A stretch of DNA of 64,000 nt, taken from the IMG/VR virus record IMGVR_UViG_3300033232_000045, positions 1-64,000 of that record. The stretch is one strand, 5' to 3'. Of this stretch, positions 35,278-43,997 are shown in pieces. Under the pieces are notes generated by a model. It worked only from the letters and a program-made list of their open reading frames with translations, was not told the DNA's origin and ran no database searches. Within the stretch, counting starts at the first letter, position 1; the number at the start of each line of letters is the position of its first letter. This DNA is from a virus. A program made the position numbers and the translations under genes.

Positions 35278-36492
35278 ATGCAATCCTTCACTGAAATCAC
35301 CGATCAGAACACGCTGCTTGAGTCCATCGGCATGCTGATGAACAACGACAAAACCGCCTTGTCATGCAGCTCTGGCACCGCGTTCCCGACCGCCAACCTC
35401 GAAGTTGGCATGTTCTGCTACCGGACGGACGAGTCGAAGTTGTACCAACTCAAGGACGCAACCCCCACCTGGAAGTTGATTTTCGACCTGTCGAAGACTG
35501 CAACAAATAAGGAATACGTCGATGCGGCGGTGAGCGGGGTCGACCTGTCAACCCGCGTTGCGAAGACGGGCGACACCATGACGGGCAACCTGACCGTGCC
35601 GGCGCTGAACTTGTCTGCCGACGCAAACAATAGATTCGAGCAGGGTAAGGCCGTGCTTCGCAGCGCCTCCCCAACTGTGTATTTCAGGGACACCGACCAT
35701 AGCAGCGCGATGTGGCACTGCAACTCCGGCAGAATGTATCTGTTAAGGGGCGCGGTAGACTCTGAAACCTGGACACAGGCGAATGGCAGTTGGCCGTTGG
35801 AAGTCAATCTGGACACCAACGAGGCGTTGTTTGGGGGCAAGGTACGAGTTCAGAGAAATCTCGGCACGACGTCGGACTATGCTCATAGTCAGCTTGAGCT
35901 TCGCTGCACGGATGGCGGCGATGTGTCGCTGGGATTCCATCGGTTAGGCTATACAGCATGCGCTCTAAGACACGAAAACAACGGACTCAGACTATCGGGG
36001 GTCGGCGAGTTCGCTACTGCGGATTTTATCGTGGATAACGTGATGGGAGTTTATAGTAGCGGCGTCGATGTTTTCAGAGTCAATTACACGAGAAACGGCG
36101 CGACACCATATTTCTATGTCAACACGGGAGGGGGGTACGGAACTTTTTCGGACGCCCGTTTGAAAAATTCTATCGAGCCGCTTTCGCCTGAGGCGGCAGT
36201 CACACTGATAAGGGGCGTGACGCCAGTTGAATTTAACTGGAACGAGGACGCGGGAGACGACAAGAGGGTAGGCGGGTTCCTAGCCCAGGACGTGTTAAGG
36301 CATGCCGTAACAGATGGGCAGAAAAACATTCTCACCCATTGGGAGACCTACGACGAGAGCGATCCAGAGTGCCCCAAGATGGGTCTATCCGACCATCGCA
36401 TGATTCCGTCTGTTGTTGCGGCGCTGCAACATGCGCTCGCTCGCATTGATGACCTCCAGACGCAGATTGACGCCTTGACCAAGACATCCTGA
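35278..36492 (+). CDS. tail fibre with C-terminal S74-type intramolecular chaperone (autoproteolytic) domain
   Basis: GDTMTGNL fibre motif; the C-terminal domain starts at SDARLKNSIEPL (Ser291, nt 36148) and ends with the helical ...ALARIDDLQTQIDALTK. Confidence 0.8.
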   Translation: MQSFTEITDQNTLLESIGMLMNNDKTALSCSSGTAFPTANLEVGMFCYRTDESKLYQLKDATPTWKLIFDLSKTATNKEYVDAAVSGVDLSTRVAKTGDTMTGNLTVPALNLSADANNRFEQGKAVLRSASPTVYFRDTDHSSAMWHCNSGRMYLLRGAVDSETWTQANGSWPLEVNLDTNEALFGGKVRVQRNLGTTSDYAHSQLELRCTDGGDVSLGFHRLGYTACALRHENNGLRLSGVGEFATADFIVDNVMGVYSSGVDVFRVNYTRNGATPYFYVNTGGGYGTFSDARLKNSIEPLSPEAAVTLIRGVTPVEFNWNEDAGDDKRVGGFLAQDVLRHAVTDGQKNILTHWETYDESDPECPKMGLSDHRMIPSVVAALQHALARIDDLQTQIDALTKTS

Positions 36493-36502
36493 CCGGCTAT
36501 GA

Positions 36503-36520
36503 TAAGTCATCACTGAATTA
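36503..36520 (+). promoter_or_regulatory. TAAGTCA-N4-TGAYTTA motif copy
   Basis: TAAGTCATCACTGAATTA upstream of gene 36531. Confidence 0.6.
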
Positions 36521-36530
36521 GGTATCGCAC

Positions 36531-37442
36531 ATGCAGTCTTACCTTGATATTCCAGAGAGCGAGTCGCTGACCAACTCTCGCCTGAAGCTGCTCAACAACA
36601 TCCTGACGACGATGTCGTGCAGTTCGGGCACAGTCTTCCCGACCACGAACCTTCAGGTCGGCATGATGTGTTTGCGCACGGACGAAATGAAGCTGTACCA
36701 GCTCAAGGATGCCACGCCGACCTGGAAGTTGATTTTCAACCTCAACAAGACGGCGACCGACAAGGAGTATGTCGACGCCTCGCTGTCGAACTACTCGTCG
36801 ACATTGACCGGCGCCGTCACTACCATTCTGTCGGCGAACCTAGCGACAAGTCGCGCACTTGTGTCCGATGGCAGCGGCAAGGTCGCCGCGTCCGCGATTA
36901 CGGCGGCAGAGCTCGGCAACCTTGCCGCTGTGACGGGCAACGTTCAGACCCAATTGAACTCGAAATTCCCCAACTCGGCGCTACCGGCGGGCACCAAGAT
37001 GCTGTTCGCGCAAACTGCCGCTCCGGTAGGCTGGACGAAGGATGTCGTCCACGACAACAAGGCGCTGCGCGTCGTCAGCGGCACGGCAGGCTCGGGTGGC
37101 TCCGCAGCGTTCACCTCGGTATTTGCCTCAAGGGCGGTCAGTGGCTCCATCGGGAGCACGACGGTTACCGGCTGGGCTAATGGGACAACGCTTTCCACCG
37201 CGCAGATTCCGAGCCATACCCACGCCCATGCGCTCGGATACTTAGATTGGGACGGGGGCTATACTGGGGCAGCTGGAGGGTCAAGAGAGTACCCCGACAT
37301 GACCGAAACATCCTCGGCAGTGGGCGGCGGCGGCGCCCACTCCCACAGTATCGGAACGAACGCCCACGGCCACACCTTCGCCGGCACCGCGATCGACATG
37401 GCGGTGCAGTACGTCGACATCATCATTGCAACTAAAAATTAA
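36531..37442 (+). CDS. tail fibre with phage tail-collar-type C-terminal domain
   Basis: N-terminal 86 aa paralogous to 35278-36492; C-terminal IPSHTHAH...GGGAHSHSIG..AHGHTF...QYVDIIIATK collar-domain pattern. Confidence 0.75.
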   Translation: MQSYLDIPESESLTNSRLKLLNNILTTMSCSSGTVFPTTNLQVGMMCLRTDEMKLYQLKDATPTWKLIFNLNKTATDKEYVDASLSNYSSTLTGAVTTILSANLATSRALVSDGSGKVAASAITAAELGNLAAVTGNVQTQLNSKFPNSALPAGTKMLFAQTAAPVGWTKDVVHDNKALRVVSGTAGSGGSAAFTSVFASRAVSGSIGSTTVTGWANGTTLSTAQIPSHTHAHALGYLDWDGGYTGAAGGSREYPDMTETSSAVGGGGAHSHSIGTNAHGHTFAGTAIDMAVQYVDIIIATKN

Positions 37443-37444
37443 CC

Positions 37445-37738
37445 ATGAAATTTGAAGCCAAATCTAACTGCCCGCTCGACGGATTTAAACCTTGCCGTCA
37501 GCTTGAATGCGCCTGGTTCCTGCAAGTTCGCGGGAAGAGCCCCAATACCGGCGAAGACATGGACGAGTGGGGGTGCTCGATCGCCTGGATGCCGATATTG
37601 ACGATTGAGAACAGCAACATGCAGCGTCAGACCGGAGCCGCAGTCGAGTCCTTCCGCAATGAAATGGTCAAGGCAAACCACAGCGCCTTGCGCCTCATTG
37701 AGGCGCGTGACGCATCGCAAATGAAGGAGGTTAGCTAA
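37445..37738 (+). CDS. hypothetical protein, 97 aa, Cys-containing
   Basis: Track ORF, tightly packed after the fibre gene. Confidence 0.5.
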   Translation: MKFEAKSNCPLDGFKPCRQLECAWFLQVRGKSPNTGEDMDEWGCSIAWMPILTIENSNMQRQTGAAVESFRNEMVKANHSALRLIEARDASQMKEVS

Positions 37739-38325
37739 TGCGAGTAACAATTATCCCCCAGGACTCCGTCATTGGAGTCGATGGCGTTTTCTATCAGGTT
37801 GACATGACAGGTGTTCGCGCAGGGGTCCACGCTGTGCAGTTCGACGGGGCGGCAGGCGAGATTGAGTTTTCGGACAAGACGAACATGAATGAGCCTATCG
37901 ATGACCTGACTGAATTTCAGGTCATCATCGACCGCTGGCAGGATGCGCACAACACCGCTACCGCGCCGTCGCCTCCGCCGACGCTTGCGAGGGCTAAGGC
38001 GCTAAAAATGGCGGAAATCGAACGCGCACGCGACACTGCCATATTCAGCGACGTGTCGGCTCACGGTCGTCTGTGGCAGGCAGATAGGCGCAGTCAGGAA
38101 ATACTCGGGCAAGCAATTACACTTGCCCAGGCGGGGCTTCCGCTCCCTGAAGCATGGAGGGACGCAAGCAACAGCAATATGGCGATCACCTCGCCTGCCG
38201 ATCTTTTGGGGATCGCAGGCGCTGTCGCGCAGCAGACTCATGCTGCCTATGTTAAGTCGTGGAACTTGAAGGCGCAGGTCGACGCAGCAACGACCCCGGC
38301 GCAAGTCGACGCGATCGTCTGGTGA
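37738..38325 (+). CDS. fibre-associated protein with DUF4376-like C-terminal half (putative)
   Basis: 195 aa; pattern ...W.AD..S...L.....LA.....LP..WR.A.N....I.....LL.I..A.......Y..SW..K..V seen in phage fibre-associated proteins; assigned from memory of the family. Confidence 0.45.
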   Translation: MRVTIIPQDSVIGVDGVFYQVDMTGVRAGVHAVQFDGAAGEIEFSDKTNMNEPIDDLTEFQVIIDRWQDAHNTATAPSPPPTLARAKALKMAEIERARDTAIFSDVSAHGRLWQADRRSQEILGQAITLAQAGLPLPEAWRDASNSNMAITSPADLLGIAGAVAQQTHAAYVKSWNLKAQVDAATTPAQVDAIVW

Positions 38326-38330
38326 GCGAA

Positions 38331-38612
38331 ATGAATGCGAAGTTCCTCGCCGCCGCCATTCGGCTTTATTTCCTGAATGTCCTGGTCGCCATCGACCAAT
38401 TGATCTCCACGATCGCCCTCGGCGACCCCGACGAGACAATTTCGTCGCGCCTGGGTAAGGCAGTGCGCGGAGACTTCGGGCGCTTTCAGGCGATCTTCTG
38501 GCTTCCACTGGCGAAGCTGGTTGATCTGATCTTCCTGCCGTTCGACGGCCCCAATCACTGTGCCCGCCACATTGAAGAGGATCGGGGCTACAACGCCATC
38601 CCCATGCCATGA
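38331..38612 (+). CDS. hypothetical membrane-associated protein, 93 aa
   Basis: ORF 38259-38612 trimmed to ATG 38331 (GGTGAG RBS); hydrophobic N-terminus. Confidence 0.45.
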   Translation: MNAKFLAAAIRLYFLNVLVAIDQLISTIALGDPDETISSRLGKAVRGDFGRFQAIFWLPLAKLVDLIFLPFDGPNHCARHIEEDRGYNAIPMP

Positions 38613-38932
38613 AACACAGACTTTACCCTGCGGTGATTGTCAAAGTTGTCGACGGCGACTCAGTCCACCTCGATGTCGATGTCGGCTTCAGGGGAGCATT
38701 CAAAGACCTGTTTAGGATGTATGGCATCAACGCGGAGGAGGGCAGGAGCAACCCGGCGGCGCTCTTCCTGCGCGAACTGTTGCCAATCGGACTCAGAGTT
38801 GTCGTCATGACATACAAGCCCGACAAGTACGGACGCTGGCTGTGCGACGTCTTCCTGCCCGATGGGCGCTGCGCAAACGACATCATGCTTGAAGAGGGGC
38901 ATGCGGTTCCCTACTTCGGCGGCAAGCGATAA
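38609..38932 (+). CDS. staphylococcal-nuclease (SNase/thermonuclease)-like protein
   Basis: VVDGDSVHLD...FRMYGINAEE...KYGRWLCDV....G...N..ML.EGHAV.Y pattern of the SNase fold. Confidence 0.6.
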   Translation: MKHRLYPAVIVKVVDGDSVHLDVDVGFRGAFKDLFRMYGINAEEGRSNPAALFLRELLPIGLRVVVMTYKPDKYGRWLCDVFLPDGRCANDIMLEEGHAVPYFGGKR

Positions 38933-38947
38933 GTCACCACTGACTTG
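38930..38947 (+). promoter_or_regulatory. TAAGTCA-N4-TGAYTTA motif copy
   Basis: TAAGTCACCACTGACTTG; its TAA is the stop of the nuclease gene. Confidence 0.65.
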
Positions 38948-38973
38948 CAAACAGGCAGGATTTTAGGCATAAT
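38945..38973 (+). promoter_or_regulatory. sigma70-like promoter TTGCAA-N17-CATAAT for the lysis cassette
   Basis: The -35 overlaps the motif right half; 40 nt upstream of gene 39013. Confidence 0.5.
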
Positions 38974-39012
38974 TTGCGAATCAACACTTCGTAAGCGAAC
39001 TCGGAGTTATCA

Positions 39013-39366
39013 ATGAGCGGGACACTTGTAAGCGGACTCGACATGGAAAGCCTGAAACTCATCACTGATTCTGTCGCCCGTACTGCTGCAAACGAAGTTG
39101 CGGATCAACTTGAAAAAAAGATGACCGAGCAGCATACCAAGCTGAAGAACGAAATCACCGATGAGTTTCGCCGTGACCTCAAGGGGTACTTCGGCAAGCT
39201 CGAAGCGGACGAGCACATTATTCAGCACCGTCGCATCGACAAGTTGCTGAACTTCCTCGACAAGACTGGCGAAAATCTCGTCGGCAGGGTCATCACGCAG
39301 CTTTTCCTGTGGGGCGCCGTTCTGCTGGTCATCGGCTACGCCGCATTTGGAAAGACACCGAGCTAA
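39013..39366 (+). CDS. C-tail-anchored membrane protein in the lysis cassette (holin/antiholin candidate)
   Basis: 117 aa; charged helical N-terminal part, single C-terminal TM LFLWGAVLLVIGYAAF. Confidence 0.45.
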   Translation: MSGTLVSGLDMESLKLITDSVARTAANEVADQLEKKMTEQHTKLKNEITDEFRRDLKGYFGKLEADEHIIQHRRIDKLLNFLDKTGENLVGRVITQLFLWGAVLLVIGYAAFGKTPS

Positions 39367-39368
39367 TC

Positions 39369-39782
39369 ATGATTACGCCAAAAGAGTTCTGGAAGGGCAG
39401 GGACACTGCCTACGCCAAAGACCTGACCCCCGAAATCAGATGGAACGCGGAGGTGACGCTTCACCGCGTCAACCTGCTGCTGGAAGAGTTTTATCGCGCA
39501 AACCCGACCTCCAACCAGGATCGAGGCTGCAACTCGGGCTGGCGCCCGCCTGCGCTCAACGCCAGCATCAAAGGTGCGGCAAAAATGTCGAACCACATGC
39601 TCGCCAGAGCATGCGATGTCAACGACGATGACGGCATGCTCGACAAGTGGTGCATGAGCAATGTCGGTCAGGACGCGCTGGAGCGCATCGGCTTGTGGAT
39701 GGAGCACCCGTCCGCGACCCCGCGCTGGTGTCACCTTCAGACCGTGCCGCCGCGCTCGGGTCGTCGCGTCTTCTACCCGTAG
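39369..39782 (+). CDS. endolysin, peptidase M15 (VanY / L-alanyl-D-glutamate peptidase-like)
   Basis: ORF 39309-39782 trimmed to ATG 39369; SGWRP, SNHMLARACD (S.H..G.A.D-type zinc motif), EH...H. Confidence 0.75.
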   Translation: MITPKEFWKGRDTAYAKDLTPEIRWNAEVTLHRVNLLLEEFYRANPTSNQDRGCNSGWRPPALNASIKGAAKMSNHMLARACDVNDDDGMLDKWCMSNVGQDALERIGLWMEHPSATPRWCHLQTVPPRSGRRVFYP

Positions 39783-39796
39783 TCACGGGTGATTTA
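39779..39796 (+). promoter_or_regulatory. motif copy (TAGTCA variant) spanning the endolysin stop and the holin start
   Basis: GTAGTCACGGGTGATTTA; its TAG is the stop codon (39780-39782) and the holin ATG starts at 39796. Confidence 0.55.
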
Positions 39797-40029
39797 TGCC
39801 GATGGTTGACTCGCTGACTCGTCTGCTCGGCGCCCTCAATAGCGCTGCACGACCCTATCTGACTGCGCTGATCGCCACCCTGTTCAACGGCATCTGCGCC
39901 TGGGCGGCAGTGACCAAGCAAATCTCGATCATGGAGTACATCACGGCGATCGGCCCAACCAACGCAATGATCATTGGCTTCTGGTTTGGCGAACGCGCCG
40001 CACTGAAGCATCCAGGAAAGGACACCTGA
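39796..40029 (+). CDS. holin (two TM helices)
   Basis: 77 aa; TM1 LTALIATLFNGICAWAAV, TM2 ITAIGPTNAMIIGFWF, charged C-terminus. Confidence 0.6.
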   Translation: MPMVDSLTRLLGALNSAARPYLTALIATLFNGICAWAAVTKQISIMEYITAIGPTNAMIIGFWFGERAALKHPGKDT

Positions 40030-40601
40030 TGTTCGGAATCATTCGCTCAACCCTGCTTGCGTTTGCAATCGGCTGCGTAATCGGCTTCAGCAGCGGCTTT
40101 TACGTCAAACACCAATTTGCACTGGCGAAACTCAATGGGGTCATCACGGAACAACGCAAGGAGGACGCACATGCTGTCGCAAACATGCGGGCAAAAGAGG
40201 CGACTCTACAGGCTCAACTCGATGAGACGCGAGCGCGAATTGAATCAATCCAGAAAGAGGTTAAGCCCAATGTTATATATCGCAAGCCTGCTGTCGCGAA
40301 GCCTGTCGCAACTGTCGTACCTAGCGCAACGAGTGCGCCCGACATTCCTGTGTGCCCCGATGTTGCTGATGGCGCTGATTATTTTCTTGATATTGATACT
40401 GTCAGGATGCTCGACACCGCCCGCGCCGGCCCTACTGGTCCCGCCTCCTGGCTCGATGCAGAAGGCGAAGCCGCTGCCGACATTAGCCTCACCGATTTCA
40501 TCTACAACGACCTCGAAGTAGTCGGTATGTATCACGACCTCGCCTTGCGGCATGACAGCCTGGTGGACTGGGTCGACGATCTGATCAATAAGCAGAAGTA
40601 A
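40029..40601 (+). CDS. i-spanin (Rz-like)
   Basis: N-terminal TM LLAFAIGCVIGFSSGF, coiled-coil periplasmic region, embedded lipoprotein ORF. Confidence 0.7.
   Translation: MFGIIRSTLLAFAIGCVIGFSSGFYVKHQFALAKLNGVITEQRKEDAHAVANMRAKEATLQAQLDETRARIESIQKEVKPNVIYRKPAVAKPVATVVPSATSAPDIPVCPDVADGADYFLDIDTVRMLDTARAGPTGPASWLDAEGEAAADISLTDFIYNDLEVVGMYHDLALRHDSLVDWVDDLINKQK
40360..40521 (+). CDS. o-spanin (Rz1-like lipoprotein) embedded in the +1 frame of the i-spanin gene
   Basis: MLLMALIIFLILILSGC lipobox followed by Pro-rich STPPAPALLVPPPG; 53 aa. Confidence 0.7.
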   Translation: MLLMALIIFLILILSGCSTPPAPALLVPPPGSMQKAKPLPTLASPISSTTTSK

Positions 40602-40650
40602 TCGCCGCGTGGGGGCCGGCGAAGCCTCCAGACGAACCAGTGAGCACACT

Positions 40651-41991
40651 ATGGAAGAAGTGCAGCAGAACGACTTTGGAGACTTTATCCGGGTCTACAA
40701 CGACACGGAGAACCACCCGTCGATTGCGGACGTTGCCGCAGCCCTGGAAATCAGCGTCAAGACGGTCCGAAACAAAGCGGGGATGATTCGATCTTTCGGG
40801 AAATTAAATCCCGAATACCCCAAGTTGATTCTGCGCTCTCCGGTGAACGAGAACCCCCTGTCGGAGGATGCCTCGAAGTTTATGGAGTCATGGGGGCCGG
40901 ACGATTGCATCACAGAGCTCCGCCGCATCGCAGAAATCGACCCCGACCACATTGTCAGCCGCAACTACTTTCGCACTCACTCCTCCATTTCAGAATCGAC
41001 CTGGAACCGCCACTTCGGCACATTCGAGGAGTTCAAGCGCCAGGCAGGCATCAAACTCTCCCGCCAGCAGCACGGGCATGAGCGGGCGATCGCCAGGCAT
41101 GCCTCGGTCGACCACTACCGGCGCCTCAACGTTGAGCGTCAGGACTACGGCGACAAGTACACCAAAGAGAACGGCAGCCGCTTCAAGACCATTATCGCCT
41201 GTTCGGACCTGCATGACGTTGAAATCGACCCATTCTTCCTGCGCGTTCTGATCGACACTGCGCGGCGCGTCAACCCTGACGTGTTCAGCTTCGTCGGCGA
41301 CGTGTTCGACCTGCCTGAATTCGGCAAGTACGGCGTCGACCCCCGCGAATGGGATGTCGTGGGCCGCATTAAGTTCGCCCACAAGGAGATTTTCAAAGCC
41401 ATCCGTGAAGCGCTGCCCGACACCCAGCTCGACTTTATCGAGGGCAACCATGAAGCCCGCCTGCTGCGCCAGCTCGCCGACGCAACCCCCGCGCTGCGCT
41501 CGGTCCTATCTGACCTGCACGGCTTCACCGTGAGCAAGCTACTGGGTCTGGACGAGTTTGAGATCAACTACATTGCCAAGGCAGACCTGGCGGCATGGAG
41601 TAAGCGCGACTTCGAAAAGGAGCAGGCGAACAACTACAAGGTGTATTGGGATACCGTGGTCTGCCACCACTTCCCGTACGCACGAAATATGGGTCTGCCT
41701 GGCGTCAACGGGCATCATCACTCGCATCAGGTGTGGCCGATGTTCAGTCCGATCTACGGCGCCTACGAGTGGCACCAGATGGGCTGCGGGCATCGCCGTT
41801 CGGCGAGCTACTGTGAGGGCGAGAAGTGGCACATGGGCTTCGCCATCATCCATATCGACACCCTGACGCACGCCACAACCTTCGACTACGTTCCCGTGAC
41901 GGATTTTGCCGTTTCTGGCGGCAAGTGGTATCACCGTCTTAAAGAGGAGCGCGAGGCGGAAGTGCCGAAGCGGCTGCTGATGGTCGCATAA
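40651..41991 (+). CDS. HTH-containing calcineurin-like metallophosphoesterase
   Basis: N-terminal HTH IADVAAALEISVKTVRNKAG; complete motifs SDLHD, VGDVFD, EGNHEA, CHH, GHHHSH. Confidence 0.75.
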   Translation: MEEVQQNDFGDFIRVYNDTENHPSIADVAAALEISVKTVRNKAGMIRSFGKLNPEYPKLILRSPVNENPLSEDASKFMESWGPDDCITELRRIAEIDPDHIVSRNYFRTHSSISESTWNRHFGTFEEFKRQAGIKLSRQQHGHERAIARHASVDHYRRLNVERQDYGDKYTKENGSRFKTIIACSDLHDVEIDPFFLRVLIDTARRVNPDVFSFVGDVFDLPEFGKYGVDPREWDVVGRIKFAHKEIFKAIREALPDTQLDFIEGNHEARLLRQLADATPALRSVLSDLHGFTVSKLLGLDEFEINYIAKADLAAWSKRDFEKEQANNYKVYWDTVVCHHFPYARNMGLPGVNGHHHSHQVWPMFSPIYGAYEWHQMGCGHRRSASYCEGEKWHMGFAIIHIDTLTHATTFDYVPVTDFAVSGGKWYHRLKEEREAEVPKRLLMVA

Positions 41992-42006
41992 AGTCGCCGT
42001 CTTATA

Positions 42007-42035
42007 TTGATAGTAAGTCATAACTGACTTAGACT
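42007..42035 (+). promoter_or_regulatory. sigma70-like hexamers TTGATA-N17-TAGACT with a perfect motif copy in the spacer
   Basis: Motif TAAGTCATAACTGACTTA at 42014-42031; upstream of phoH. Confidence 0.5.
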
Positions 42036-42065
42036 CTGGCTTTCAAGTGACGTGAAGGAAACAGC

Positions 42066-42860
42066 ATGGCAAGAACGGCGCGCAAATCCACCCAGAAGCA
42101 GCGCAGCACACGCAGACGGACGGATGACCACACGGCACTAATGGAGCGAGTTCAAGACGTTCAGCGGCCCGCCCCCCGCACTCCGCCGGCAGTTGAGCCG
42201 GCAAACGCAGCCCAAACGCGCTACGTCAATGCCATCAAATCAAGTCAGCTCACCTTTGCGCTCGGCCCCGCTGGCACCGGCAAGACCTGGGTCTGTACCG
42301 GCCTTGCCGCACAAGCGCTGCACAATGGAGACATCGAAAAGCTGATCATCACCCGTCCCGCTGTCGAGGCTGGCGAAAACCTCGGCTTTCTCCCTGGCGA
42401 GCTCGAAGAAAAGTTCGACCCCTACCTGCAGCCGTTCCGCGATTCCCTTTACCACTTTCTCGGCAAGAGCTTCACGGAGTACCTGATCAAGGCGGGCAAG
42501 ATTGAGGCGGCACCCCTGGCATACATGCGCGGGCGGACATTCAAAAACGCATGGGTCATTCTTGACGAAGCGCAGAACACCACGCCCAAACAGATGAAAA
42601 TGTTTCTGACCCGCCTGGGCTCCGACTGCAAAATGGTGGTCAACGGTGACACCGCACAGACCGACATCAACGGCAAGAGCGGGCTGCAGGATGCCGTCGA
42701 GCGCCTGTTCTACATCCCGAGCATTCGGGTGGTCAAGTTCAAGCGCGAGGACATCGTGCGTTCCGGTCTGGTTCAGGAAATTGTCGAATGTTATGAGGAG
42801 GGCGTGAGCCTTCCCGATGGCGGAAGGGAAGTTGTCTCCGCGATGTTCTCCAATCACTGA
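42066..42860 (+). CDS. phoH: PhoH-like ATPase
   Basis: Walker A GPAGTGKTW, ITRPAVEAGE.LGFLPG, ILDEAQN, GD..Q.D characteristic PhoH blocks. Confidence 0.9.
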   Translation: MARTARKSTQKQRSTRRRTDDHTALMERVQDVQRPAPRTPPAVEPANAAQTRYVNAIKSSQLTFALGPAGTGKTWVCTGLAAQALHNGDIEKLIITRPAVEAGENLGFLPGELEEKFDPYLQPFRDSLYHFLGKSFTEYLIKAGKIEAAPLAYMRGRTFKNAWVILDEAQNTTPKQMKMFLTRLGSDCKMVVNGDTAQTDINGKSGLQDAVERLFYIPSIRVVKFKREDIVRSGLVQEIVECYEEGVSLPDGGREVVSAMFSNH

Positions 42861-42871
42861 AAGGAATCAAA

Positions 42872-43096
42872 ATGGAAAATCAGCACCAGAAAATCAAGGG
42901 CTACCGCGACCTCAGTCAGGCGGAAGTTGATCTCATGAACGAAATCAAAAGCAAGGGTGCGGAACTCGGTGATCTGGTCGCGAAGCTTCGTGCCGCGCCT
43001 GGGCTCGACCAACGCTGGGTGGGTATCGGGGCGACCGACTTCCAGACGGGGCTGATGGCTCTTGTCCGTTCCGTCGCGCAACCGACTTCGTTCTAA
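42872..43096 (+). CDS. conserved-looking small protein, 74 aa, function unknown
   Basis: GGAATC RBS region; IKGYRDLSQAEVDLMNEIK...DQRW...T.FQTG.MALVR. Confidence 0.55.
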   Translation: MENQHQKIKGYRDLSQAEVDLMNEIKSKGAELGDLVAKLRAAPGLDQRWVGIGATDFQTGLMALVRSVAQPTSF

Positions 43097-43234
43097 ACCA
43101 AATAGCCTCTCCGCGTTCCGACGCGGGGTTGGTAAAGTAGAAATAGATGGGGGCGCACTAGGCCATTCCGGTGTGCTCTCATATAGATAACACTCTTGTA
43201 AGAAACACCTTTTTAATATTCTTTTAGGGCGGGC

Positions 43235-43978
43235 ATGGACAATCCTAGTGAAATCTTCGGGCTAGATCGCGGATTGGTCGACAACGAAGTCCTGGCAATC
43301 AGCAAGGTAGACCACAAGCTACTGAAGCTGGAGGCGGACCTGTACGAGACAAAGTGGTGGGACTATCGGCACCTGCACCCGGTTGCAGCAACCTATGCGT
43401 TCGCGCACGAGTTCAACAAGGCGTACCAGTTCATCGTCAAGCGCTGTCGCGACCTTGAACGCGGGCAGTATATGAAGGGCTTCAAAGGCGAGGACATTTT
43501 CGAGCCCAAGATCACCAAGCGGCGGAACAAGACGACAGGACAGACGGAGACGAAAGAGAGCGATGAGATCGTCGCCTTCTGGAAGGCGCGACAGTCGGCC
43601 GACCGGCTCGGTATTCGCTACGACTTCTACATCAGGAAGGCGATGATGTGGGCGGAGGACCGCAATTACCGCAACATCCCGCGCCCGATTCACCTTTACT
43701 CGGTCGGCCTTGTCGAACACCTGACGGCGTGTTGGATAGAGGAGCGCAAGGCCCGTCTGCAGTCGGCGGATGACGAGAGCTACCTGATCGAGAATTACTC
43801 GGCGCACCCCGACCAGGATGCCTATCAGGAATGGGCGCTGGAGCAGGTCGCACACCGGCAGCACAAGGATTTCGCGCTGCATCACTACCTACAGCGCGGG
43901 CAGATTCAGGCTCAACTTGCGGAGTCGCGCTTCGGGAACGACACGGTGAGAAGGGCCAAAGCAATCGAATTAGAATAA
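43235..43978 (+). CDS. hypothetical protein, 247 aa
   Basis: Track ORF after an AT-rich 138-nt gap. Confidence 0.6.
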   Translation: MDNPSEIFGLDRGLVDNEVLAISKVDHKLLKLEADLYETKWWDYRHLHPVAATYAFAHEFNKAYQFIVKRCRDLERGQYMKGFKGEDIFEPKITKRRNKTTGQTETKESDEIVAFWKARQSADRLGIRYDFYIRKAMMWAEDRNYRNIPRPIHLYSVGLVEHLTACWIEERKARLQSADDESYLIENYSAHPDQDAYQEWALEQVAHRQHKDFALHHYLQRGQIQAQLAESRFGNDTVRRAKAIELE

Positions 43979-43997
43979 ATTCGCGGTGACTGATTGT

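Noticed and set aside
31220-37442. A diversity-generating retroelement acting on the fibre genes, suggested by the duplicated C-terminal and N-terminal modules
   Set aside because: There is no reverse transcriptase gene in the window. The duplicated segments are diverged at the protein level throughout, rather than showing adenine-specific TR/VR differences.
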